Positions 7,542 to 14,910 of a stretch of DNA of 17,554 nt are shown piece after piece. A program made the translations under genes and the position numbers. Source of the DNA: Corallococcus sp. AB032C (GTDB lineage: Bacteria > Myxococcota > Myxococcia > Myxococcales > Myxococcaceae); assembly GCF_003668935.1 (NCBI RefSeq), contig NZ_RAWP01000027.1:1-17554 (forward strand). Direction: 5' to 3'. Below the pieces are notes generated by a model that was given only the letters and a program-made list of their open reading frames with translations, was not told the DNA's origin and ran no database searches. Within the stretch, counting starts at the first letter, position 1; every line of letters starts with the position of its first letter.

Positions 7542-8863
7542 GCCTCGGGCGCCCCGTCCCCAGCGGCCTCGCCGTGGCGCTGTTCGCCGGAGCGCTGGTG
7601 CCCGCCGCGCTCGCGGTGGCGAGCCCCGCCTTCGGTTGGCTGGCGCTCGCGGTGGACGTGGCCGTCCTGCTCCTGTGCGCGGTGGACTTCCTGCGCGCGC
7701 CGCATGCCCGTGACGTCGACGCACGCCGCGAGGTGGAGCCCATCCTCTCCTCCGGCGTGGACAACACCGTGCGCTGGGAGCTGCGTTCGCGAACGGACAG
7801 GCCCGTGCGCGGCGAGCTGCGCGACGAGCCGCCCCTGGACGTGGAGAGCCACGGCCACCGGCAGCCCTTCACGCTGGAGCCGGGAGACACCACGCGGCTG
7901 ACGTACCGCGTGCACCCTCCCTCCCGGGGCGATGCGCGCTTCGGCGACGTGAACCTGCGCCTGATGGGGCCCCTGGGTCTGTGCTCGCGGCAGGTGCGGC
8001 TGCCCGCGGGTCAGGACGTGAAGGTGTATCCGGACCTGCGCGCCCTCTCTCGCGAGGCGCTGACGCTGGCGCGCGCGTCGGAGGCCGTGTCCGCGCGCAC
8101 GCTCCTGCGCAAGTCCGTGGAGGGCCGCGAGTTCGAATCGCTGCGCGAGTACCGCCCCGGCGACGACTACCGGCACATCGACTGGAAGTCCTCCGCGCGC
8201 CACGGCCACACGCTGGTGCGCACGTGGCAGCCGGAGCGCAACCAGCCGGTGCTGCTGCTGCTGGACTGCGGCCGTCACATGGCGGGCCGGGTGCAGGGGC
8301 GCCGGAAGCTGGATCACGCGGTGGACGCGGCGCTGCGGCTGGCGCGCGTGAGCCTGGACGCGGGGGACGTGGTGGGCGTGCTCGCGTTCGCCAGCGACGT
8401 GCGCACCTTCCTGCCCCCGCGCAAGGGCGCGGAGCACCTGCGCCTCATCACCGAGTCCCTCTACCGCGCGGAGGCCGGCCTGGAGGAGAGCGACTACGGC
8501 CGCGCGTTCGACTTCGCCTTCGCACGCCAGACGCGCCGCGCGCTGGTGGTGCTCTTCACCGACCTGGTGGATCCGGACGCGTCCTCCGCGCTCCTCACGC
8601 GCACGCTGGCCCTGCGCCCCCGGCACCTGCCCGTCGTCGCGTCACTGCTGGACGAGGACCTGGAGGCCGCCGCCACCGACGTTCCTGGCGACGCGACGTC
8701 CGCCTACGCGCGGCAGGTCGCCTCCCGCATGGAGTCCGAGTACCGCCGCACCGCCACCACGCTGCGTGACGCGGGGGCGCTGGTGGTGCGCGCACCAGCA
8801 CGCGGATTCGGCGCCGCTGCACTCAACGTGTACCTGGACGTGAAGGCGCGCGGGCGGCTCTGA
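7538..8863 (+). CDS. DUF58 domain protein (vWA-like MoxR partner) with two N-terminal transmembrane helices
   Basis: The DUF58 signature REYRPGDDYRHIDWKSSARHGHTLVRTWQPE...LLLLDCGRHMAG is present. The N-terminal ~50 aa are hydrophobic (two TM helices). GTG 7538 overlaps the MoxR stop (GTGA), consistent with the usual MoxR-DUF58 gene pairing. Confidence 0.85.
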   Translation: MSLGRPVPSGLAVALFAGALVPAALAVASPAFGWLALAVDVAVLLLCAVDFLRAPHARDVDARREVEPILSSGVDNTVRWELRSRTDRPVRGELRDEPPLDVESHGHRQPFTLEPGDTTRLTYRVHPPSRGDARFGDVNLRLMGPLGLCSRQVRLPAGQDVKVYPDLRALSREALTLARASEAVSARTLLRKSVEGREFESLREYRPGDDYRHIDWKSSARHGHTLVRTWQPERNQPVLLLLDCGRHMAGRVQGRRKLDHAVDAALRLARVSLDAGDVVGVLAFASDVRTFLPPRKGAEHLRLITESLYRAEAGLEESDYGRAFDFAFARQTRRALVVLFTDLVDPDASSALLTRTLALRPRHLPVVASLLDEDLEAAATDVPGDATSAYARQVASRMESEYRRTATTLRDAGALVVRAPARGFGAAALNVYLDVKARGRL

Positions 8864-8956
8864 GCGCTCACGACGCATTCGTCAAGCCCTTTGAGACATT
8901 CCAACGCTCGCGCGCGCATGTGTCACTCCGCCGAACAGCATGCTTGCCAATCGCGC

Positions 8957-8985
8957 GGAGGCCGAGTTTTCGGCCTCCGGGAGGA
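8957..8985 (+). promoter_or_regulatory. Stem-loop (GGAGGCCG / loop AGTTTT / CGGCCTCC) immediately 5' of the GGGAGGA Shine-Dalgarno of the SNF2 gene
   Basis: An 8-bp perfect stem with a 6-nt loop at 8957-8978. It is followed directly by GGGAGGA (8979-8985) and then ATG 8998. Confidence 0.3.
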
Positions 8986-8997
8986 CCCCCTTTACAG

Positions 8998-11826
8998 ATG
9001 GCGATCGCTGCCCACAATGGCGCGCCTCAACTGTTCGCGCGCACGCGCGCACGCTCCAAACCGGACGGGAGGCGGGACTTGGCGGAGGTCGCGAGGGGTT
9101 TGAAGCTGGAAGTGGAAGCAGACGCCGCGGCCATCGCGGCCCGTGCCGCGGAGGAGCTGGTGGAGGCGGGGCTGACGCCCTTCCACGAGCGGCTCCTCGC
9201 CGAGGAGTTGCTCGCGCGCAGCGGTGACACGCAGCAGCGGCTGGCGAACGCGCTGGCCGAAGCGAAGGTGGACCTCAACCCGCATCAGGTCGAAGCGGCG
9301 ATGTTCGCGCTGGACGCGCTGTCGCGCGGCGGCTGCATGCTCGCGGACGAGGTGGGCCTGGGGAAGACCATCGAGGCGGGCCTCGTCATCGCCCAGCTCA
9401 TGGCGGAGGGAAAGAACCGCATCCTCATCCTCGCCCCCGCCGTGCTGCGCGCGCAGTGGAACGCTGAATTGCGCGAGAAGTTCGACCTGGACAGCGTCCT
9501 CGTCGACGGCCGCGACGTGAAGAAGCACAACAACTGCTTCGATCAGCCCTTCCCCGTCATCTGCTCGCACCCGTTCGCGGCGAACCGCTCCGCGCTCGTG
9601 TCGGAGATTCCGTGGGACCTGATCATCATCGACGAGGCCCACCGGCTCCGGAACGCGCACCGGCCCAACAACAAGACGGGCCAGGCGCTGCGCGCGTCGC
9701 TCGCGGGCCGCCCCAAGCTGCTGCTCACCGCCACCCCGCTCCAGAACGACCTGATGGAGCTGTTCGGCCTGATGTCGCTGCTGGACGAGCAGATCCTGGG
9801 CCCCGAGCACGCCTTCCGCAGCCGCTACCGCGCCGACGAGGGCGGCGGCATGACGGAGGCCGCCGCGTGCGAGCTCAAGGAGCGGCTGGCCCCGGTGGTG
9901 CAACGCACGCTGCGCCGTCAGGTGCGCGAGTACGTCCGCTACACCAACCGCCGCAGCATCGTGGAGGACTTCCTCCCCTCCCCCGAGGAGCACGACCTCT
10001 ACGAGAAGGTCAGTGAGTACCTGCAGCGCTCGGAGGCCGCGGCCATCGAGCCGGGCAAGAAGACGCTCCTGACGCTGTGCTACCGCAAGCTGCTGGCCTC
10101 CTCCACGTTCGCCATCGCGCCCACGCTGCGGCGGCTGTCGGAGAACCTGGAGAAGCGCCTGTCGGCCGCGCGGCTGGGACAGCAGGCCCTGTCGCTCTTC
10201 GAGCCGGAAGAGGCCAAGCAGTTCGTGGAGGAAGGCGAGGAGTGGTCAGACGACCCCGCCAAGGCGCCCCAGGTCCGCACGCTGGAGCAGGAGGTCTGGG
10301 AGCTGCGCCAGTACGCGGACCTCGCGGACTCCATCCGCATCAACGCCAAGGGCGAGGCGCTCAAGCGCGCCCTGGACCGCACGTTCGCGGTGATGCGCAC
10401 GCACTCCTGGCCGGAGAAGGCGCTCATCTTCACGGAGTCCAAGCGCACGCAGCAGTACCTCTTCAGGCTGCTGTCGGACCACGGCTACAAGGACAAGATT
10501 TCGCTCCTGTCCGGCGACGCTGGCGGCACGCCCGAGGAGCGCCGGGCGCTGGTGGAGGAGTTCCGCCACAAGTCGCAGATCCTCATCTGCACGGAGGCCG
10601 GTGCCGAAGGCCTCAACCTCCAGTTCTGCAACCTGGTGGTGAACTACGATTTGCCGTGGAACCCGCAGCGCGTGGAGCAGCGCATCGGCCGGTGCCACCG
10701 CTACGGCCAGCAGCGCGACGTGCTGGTGGTGAACTTCCTCAACCGGCAGAACGCGGCGGACGCGCGCCTGTTCGAGCTGCTGGAGAAGAAGCTCAACCTC
10801 TTCGACGGCGTGTTCGGCGCGTCCGACGAAATCCTGGGCGCGCTGGAGAGCGGCGTCGACTTCGAGCGCCGCGTGCTGGACATCTACCAGTCCTGCCGCG
10901 ACCCGAAGGACATCAACGTCGCCTTCGACAAGCTGCGCGAGGAGCTGGAGGGCACCATCAACCAGCGCATGACGTCGATGCGCTCGGTGGTGCTGGAGCG
11001 CTTCGACGGCGACGTGCGCCGCCGGCTGCGCGTGGCGGGAGACGCGGCCAAGGAGGTCGTGGCCAAGCGCCAGCAGGAGGCGAGGGCGCTCACCGGCTCC
11101 GTGCTGGGCAGCCGCACCTCCGGACGGCTCCAGGTGGCCAAGGCCGCCTACGCGGTGCGCGACCGCACCCAGGACACCGTCAGCTACCTGCAGCTGGACG
11201 CGGCGGGCCTGCCCTCACGGCTGGCGCGGCTGGCCGGCAGCGAGGGCTGGTGGTTCGTCTACAAGTTCGAGACGACGGGCCTCAAGCCGGAGGAGAAGCT
11301 GGTCCACCTGGTGCTGGTGAAGGACCGGGACGGCGGCTTCCGCGCCCTGCCGCTGACGGACGGCGTTCACTTCACGAAGCTCGACGCCAAGGAAGAGAAG
11401 CGCCGTCAGCCCGCGCCGGTGTCGGTCCAGCTCATGCAAGAGCAGTCGCTCATGACCGCCAAGGATGAGCTGATTCGGGCCGCGGAACGGCGCAACGCCT
11501 TGGAGCTGGACAAGGCCAAGGAGCGCGCGGACCGCTACGTCGAGGACTGCCTGATGGAGTCCCGCGAGGTTGTGGAGTCCGCCCGTCAGGCGTGGTTCGA
11601 CGCGCGCAAGGAAGTCTCCGGCATCGAGGACGTCGCGGAGCGCGCGAAGGCGCGGGCGCACTCGGACCGGCAGGAGCGCGATTACCGCCGCAAGCTGGCG
11701 TCGCTGCGCAACGAGGAGGAGAAGCGCTACGCCTCCAAGGATCGGCAGATGGCGGAGCTGGCCAACAAGGCCCGCGTGACGGAGAAGCGCACCCTTATCG
11801 CGTCCGCGTACTTCTGGCTGTCCTGA
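8998..11826 (+). CDS. SNF2-family ATPase/helicase, RapA/HepA-like (RNA-polymerase-associated Swi2/Snf2 type), with a divergent ~350-aa C-terminal coiled-coil-rich region
   Basis: SNF2 motifs are present: LNPHQVEAAMFAL (Q-motif/I), MLADEVGLGKTIEAG (Walker A, nearly identical to the RapA LLADEVGLGKTIEAG), IIIDEAHRLRN (motif II), LLLTATPLQNDLMELF (motif III), and helicase-C LICTEAGAEGLNLQFCNLVVNYDLPWNPQRVEQRIGRCHRYGQ. I preferred ATG 8998, which has a GGGAGG about 13 nt upstream. The track's start at 8920 is in the same frame but would place a stable hairpin inside the coding region. Confidence 0.85.
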   Translation: MAIAAHNGAPQLFARTRARSKPDGRRDLAEVARGLKLEVEADAAAIAARAAEELVEAGLTPFHERLLAEELLARSGDTQQRLANALAEAKVDLNPHQVEAAMFALDALSRGGCMLADEVGLGKTIEAGLVIAQLMAEGKNRILILAPAVLRAQWNAELREKFDLDSVLVDGRDVKKHNNCFDQPFPVICSHPFAANRSALVSEIPWDLIIIDEAHRLRNAHRPNNKTGQALRASLAGRPKLLLTATPLQNDLMELFGLMSLLDEQILGPEHAFRSRYRADEGGGMTEAAACELKERLAPVVQRTLRRQVREYVRYTNRRSIVEDFLPSPEEHDLYEKVSEYLQRSEAAAIEPGKKTLLTLCYRKLLASSTFAIAPTLRRLSENLEKRLSAARLGQQALSLFEPEEAKQFVEEGEEWSDDPAKAPQVRTLEQEVWELRQYADLADSIRINAKGEALKRALDRTFAVMRTHSWPEKALIFTESKRTQQYLFRLLSDHGYKDKISLLSGDAGGTPEERRALVEEFRHKSQILICTEAGAEGLNLQFCNLVVNYDLPWNPQRVEQRIGRCHRYGQQRDVLVVNFLNRQNAADARLFELLEKKLNLFDGVFGASDEILGALESGVDFERRVLDIYQSCRDPKDINVAFDKLREELEGTINQRMTSMRSVVLERFDGDVRRRLRVAGDAAKEVVAKRQQEARALTGSVLGSRTSGRLQVAKAAYAVRDRTQDTVSYLQLDAAGLPSRLARLAGSEGWWFVYKFETTGLKPEEKLVHLVLVKDRDGGFRALPLTDGVHFTKLDAKEEKRRQPAPVSVQLMQEQSLMTAKDELIRAAERRNALELDKAKERADRYVEDCLMESREVVESARQAWFDARKEVSGIEDVAERAKARAHSDRQERDYRRKLASLRNEEEKRYASKDRQMAELANKARVTEKRTLIASAYFWLS

Positions 11827-11832
11827 GCCCCG

Positions 11833-12183
11833 TCACAGGGGCTTGAGCCGCACCCACGTCGCGCCCCAGCCTCCGTCCGCTTCGGAGGCTGTCTGGAAAC
11901 CTTCCACTTCCGGCAGCGTGGGCAGCAGGGACTGGACGGTGCGCCTCAGCGCGCCCGTGCCCTTGCCGTGGATGATGCGCACGTCGAGCACGCCCTTCTG
12001 GCGGCAGGCCCAGAGGTACTCGGTGACGAGTTCCTTCACCTCGCGAGGCTGGAAGAGATGCAGGTCGAGGTTTCCATCGACCGGAATTTCTACTGCTCCC
12101 AGCTCGCCTCCCAGCTCATCTGGCGTGGGCGGAGGCTCCGGACCCTCCGGCGGCAGGGGCGGGAGTGGCTTTCGGCGTGACAC
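11833..12183 (-). CDS. Smr (small MutS-related) domain protein with a Pro-rich N-terminus
   Basis: The C-terminal ~80 aa show an Smr-domain pattern: LDLHLFQPREVKELVTEYLWACRQKGVLDVRIIHGKGTGALRRTV (the LDLHG...IHGKGTG motif). The stop lies 6 bp from the stop of the convergent SNF2 gene. Confidence 0.75.
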   Translation of the reverse strand: MSRRKPLPPLPPEGPEPPPTPDELGGELGAVEIPVDGNLDLHLFQPREVKELVTEYLWACRQKGVLDVRIIHGKGTGALRRTVQSLLPTLPEVEGFQTASEADGGWGATWVRLKPL

Positions 12184-12433
12184 CGTAGCGTGCCTCCTCC
12201 TGGCGCTGCTTCTCCTCGGCCGCCAGGCGCTGACGCTCGCGCGCCAGCCGGAACTCTTCCTTGAGGCTGGTGATCTCCCCCTTGAGCGAGGTGATGTCCT
12301 CCTTCACCGCTCGCGGGTGGCTTTCGCCAGCCGGGTCGTGATGGTTGCCCGCACGCTTGCCCTCCGAGCCGGCTCCACCGGAGGCGGTCATCTGCATCAA
12401 CAGCGCGGCCAGGGTCATCACCATCATGAGCAT
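12116..12433 (-). CDS. Hypothetical small membrane-anchored coiled-coil protein (105 aa)
   Basis: The ORF has a hydrophobic N-terminus (MLMMVMTLAALLMQMTA) followed by heptad-like repeats (EDITSLKGEITSLKEEFRLARERQRLAAEEKQRQEEARY). It lies between the DUF72 and Smr genes on the same strand and overlaps the annotated Smr start by 68 nt in another frame. Support is weak because there is no homology anchor. Confidence 0.35.
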   Translation of the reverse strand: MLMMVMTLAALLMQMTASGGAGSEGKRAGNHHDPAGESHPRAVKEDITSLKGEITSLKEEFRLARERQRLAAEEKQRQEEARYGVTPKATPAPAAGGSGASAHAR

Positions 12434-12465
12434 TCACGTAAGCAAGCGCCGTGCTCGCGCGCAAG

Positions 12466-13524
12466 TCATGTTGCGTGAACGGCGCCTCTCTGGCCGCCCT
12501 CCTCCTTGTGTGACACGACGCGTTCCGCGAGCCGGACGGCGGACAGCGGGGCGCTCCCTTCCGCCTTGTTGTTGATGATCACGAAGACGGGACGCTCCCG
12601 TCGCACCGCCGCCATGCACACGCGGGCCAGCACGTCGCGGGTGCCCACGTCCTCGTCCACCAGCCGGTTGAAGGGCGCATAGCGGGCGTAGGCCTCCTCG
12701 TAGCCGAGGTTCGGCGGAAGCATCCAGCGCACCACCACGGCGCGGGCCTCGAAGGCGCGCGTGAGCTTCGCCTGTCGAGCGACGGGCGGCATGTGGGCCC
12801 ACACCGCGAGCACCGGGCTCACACCCGTGTCCGCGAGCGCCTGGGCGAAGCCCTCCGTGAGCAGCTCCTCGTTGCGCACCTCCACCGCGTACAGCGGTCC
12901 CCGGGGCAGCGCGGAGAAGAACGCGTGCAGCCGCTCCACGAAGCGGCCCGCGCCGCCCAGCGCCGCGGGGTCCTGCGGCGGGAACTGGAAGACGAGCGGC
13001 CCGGCCTTGTCGCCCAGCCCTTCCAGGAACGGCGCCACCACGTGGTCCACGGCGTAGGCCGCCTGGAGGAAGCGCTCGTTCACCTGCCCCCGGTGCGCTC
13101 CATAGCGCTCGTGCACGGGGAAGCGCGCCAGCGTGCAGGCCTCGTGGGCCTTCACCAGGAAGCGGAAGCCGTCCGGCACCTGCTGCGCGTACTCAGCGAA
13201 GGTCGTTGCCGGCACCGGCGCGTAGAACGTCCGGTCGATGCCGACCGTGCGCAGCACCGGGTGGTGCGCGTAGGCAGCCAGGCCCTCGCGCGCCAGCTGG
13301 GTCGTGCTGGCCTCATGGTCGTAGACGAGCCCGTTCCAACCCGGGAAGGTCCATGACGACGTGCCCAGGTAGACGCCGCGCGGGAGCTGCTCGCCCAACA
13401 TGCGCAGGCCGTCGGACGGCTCGGCGGGTCCCACCGGCTGGGTCCTGCGCCGCGACGACGCGGGTGGCTCCTCTACCGCTCCGGTGAAGAGGTCGAACTG
13501 CGCGGGTCGTCGCGGTGCGCTCAT
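12466..13524 (-). CDS. DUF72 (UPF0759) family protein
   Basis: The DUF72 N-terminal signature is present (VYLGTSSWTFPGWNGLVYD...LREGLAAYAHHPVLRTVGIDRTFYA). A strong GGGAGAGGAG Shine-Dalgarno lies about 10 nt before ATG 13524. Confidence 0.8.
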   Translation of the reverse strand: MSAPRRPAQFDLFTGAVEEPPASSRRRTQPVGPAEPSDGLRMLGEQLPRGVYLGTSSWTFPGWNGLVYDHEASTTQLAREGLAAYAHHPVLRTVGIDRTFYAPVPATTFAEYAQQVPDGFRFLVKAHEACTLARFPVHERYGAHRGQVNERFLQAAYAVDHVVAPFLEGLGDKAGPLVFQFPPQDPAALGGAGRFVERLHAFFSALPRGPLYAVEVRNEELLTEGFAQALADTGVSPVLAVWAHMPPVARQAKLTRAFEARAVVVRWMLPPNLGYEEAYARYAPFNRLVDEDVGTRDVLARVCMAAVRRERPVFVIINNKAEGSAPLSAVRLAERVVSHKEEGGQRGAVHAT

Positions 13525-13677
13525 GCGTGCAGCTCCTCTCCCTCGTTGGGGACGGCGGGGAAGCCCTGGGAGTAATCCCCGAGCCCAGGCGATGCAGCAG
13601 GTTGCCCCGATTCAGGGGGACGTTCCAGGTTTCCGGCACGCCCCCCAGGCGGCCGGCCACGCACGGACAGTCCTCTT

Positions 13678-13701
13678 CCAATCACCACGGTATGTGATTG
13701 G
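13678..13701. promoter_or_regulatory. Perfect 8-bp inverted repeat CCAATCAC-N8-GTGATTGG: candidate transcription-factor operator inside an AT-rich intergenic island
   Basis: Read directly from the sequence at 13678-13701. The palindrome lies within the divergent region between the DUF72 operon (start 13524) and the PAS-LuxR gene (start 13811). The surrounding 13690-13790 is markedly AT-rich compared with the ~70% GC background. Confidence 0.4.
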
Positions 13702-13810
13702 ACCTTTGTCCAAATGCAAACCCAGTCGCCTCGCTGTAAGCTAATTAAACCAAGGAATTCGGCATTACTCATGTAAAGCTTGGACGGGATTGCAACGGCC
13801 GGGGGGCCTC

Positions 13811-14734
13811 ATGGACTGGTCGTTGACCGCATCGCTGCTCGCGGAGCGGGACACGCGGCCCATCGTCGTGATGGACCGGCGCGGCCGCATCGAGCTGGCG
13901 AACGGCGCTTTCACGTCGCTCCTGGGCCGGCCGCGTGAGGAGTTGTTGGGGCGCCGCTGGACGGATGTCTGCACGCCGCGCGAGCACGGACGCGAGGTGG
14001 GACAGGCGCTGCGGGCCATCTTCACCAGCGCCGAGACCCGACTGGAGACGGAGGTGCTCACGCGCGACGGCGAGCGGCTGCCGGTGGAGCTGGACGTGGC
14101 CGCCGTGGGCCGCCCTCCCCTGCGGCTGGTGGCCATCGTCACGCGCTCCGCTCCACCCCTCTCCGTCCCCGAGCGCACCGACTTCCCGGAGCCGGTCCGG
14201 GCCTACGGAGCACACCAGGAGCTGAGCTACGAAATCTCCACCGAGCTGTCGTCGTTCGGGACGCTCAAGGCGGTGTGGACGACCGGAGAGACGCGACAGG
14301 AGGAGATGGTGGGCCGGCCGTGCTTCGGCGCCTTCGCGCACCGCGACGCACCCTGCCTGGACTGTCCGCTGACGATGGCGGCGCCTGTCTCCTGGCCGCA
14401 CACCATCGTGCGGCAGGCTGCCGAGCATGCGGAGGGCTACGAGGTCGTCACCGCCACCCCCACGGGCGCCGGAACCGCGCGTGTCAGCGTTCACACCATT
14501 GGTGATGAAACACTCAGCGGCCTCTTCGAGGCGAAGGTGCGGCGCATGGCGAACGCCGCGCGGCTGTCCGAGCGGGAAGGCGATGTTTTGCGATATCTCG
14601 CGCTCGGCCGCTCGCCAACCGACATCTCGACCGTGTTAGGAATTACCGAGCGCACTGTGAAATTCCACCAGGCCAACCTGCTCCGGAAGCTGGGCGCGGA
14701 GACGCGATACGACCTGCTCCGCCTGTTCTTCTGA
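13811..14734 (+). CDS. PAS-domain LuxR-family (GerE-type HTH) transcriptional regulator
   Basis: The C-terminus is a LuxR HTH (LSEREGDVLRYLALGRSPTDISTVLGITERTVKFHQANLLRKLG). The N-terminus is a PAS-like fold (IVVMDRRGRIELANGAFTSLLGRPREELLGRRWTDV...ETEVLTRDGERLPVELDVAAV). A Cys cluster sits in the middle (RPCFGAFAHRDAPCLDCPL). I preferred ATG 13811, which follows a G-rich Shine-Dalgarno; the track's TTG 13790 is in the same frame. Confidence 0.85.
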   Translation: MDWSLTASLLAERDTRPIVVMDRRGRIELANGAFTSLLGRPREELLGRRWTDVCTPREHGREVGQALRAIFTSAETRLETEVLTRDGERLPVELDVAAVGRPPLRLVAIVTRSAPPLSVPERTDFPEPVRAYGAHQELSYEISTELSSFGTLKAVWTTGETRQEEMVGRPCFGAFAHRDAPCLDCPLTMAAPVSWPHTIVRQAAEHAEGYEVVTATPTGAGTARVSVHTIGDETLSGLFEAKVRRMANAARLSEREGDVLRYLALGRSPTDISTVLGITERTVKFHQANLLRKLGAETRYDLLRLFF

Positions 14735-14910
14735 TCAGGGCGCCTTCCCTCTGGGACAGCTTTCAGGCCGTTGACTTTGGAGGATGCTGGGACTTCGACT
14801 CTGGAGTCTTGTGGGTCGGGGGGGCCGTTGCCCATGGGCAGCGCCAGGCAAAACCGTCTCATCAAACACATACAGCCTGAGTGGGCTTCCGTCCAAGGGG
14901 CGCCCTGCGC

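Noticed and set aside
7121-8626. 501-aa minus ORF, 6588..7724 minus ORF and 7981..8769 plus ORF over MoxR/DUF58
   Set aside because: These are antisense or alternate frames of well-supported MoxR and DUF58 genes, with low-complexity Arg/Ala/Gly translations.
8992-11661. Minus ORFs 8992..9993, 10246..10698 and 11215..11661, and the plus 463-aa ORF 10077..11468, over the SNF2 gene
   Set aside because: The SNF2 motifs I-VI are all in the +1 frame (8998..11826). The others are GC-driven open frames.
12090-12464. 124-aa minus ORF in a third frame between DUF72 and Smr
   Set aside because: Its Arg/Gly-rich translation has no features and it overlaps the more plausible coiled-coil ORF. Probably spurious.
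13780-13800. Sigma54-like TGGACGGGATTGCA upstream of the LuxR-family gene
   Set aside because: The GG-to-GC spacing is 10 nt, not the required 12, so it is not a credible -24/-12 promoter.
13765-14494. Minus ORFs 13765..14178 and 13769..14494 antisense to the PAS-LuxR gene
   Set aside because: The plus strand encodes a clear GerE-type HTH and PAS domain. The antisense frames are low-complexity.
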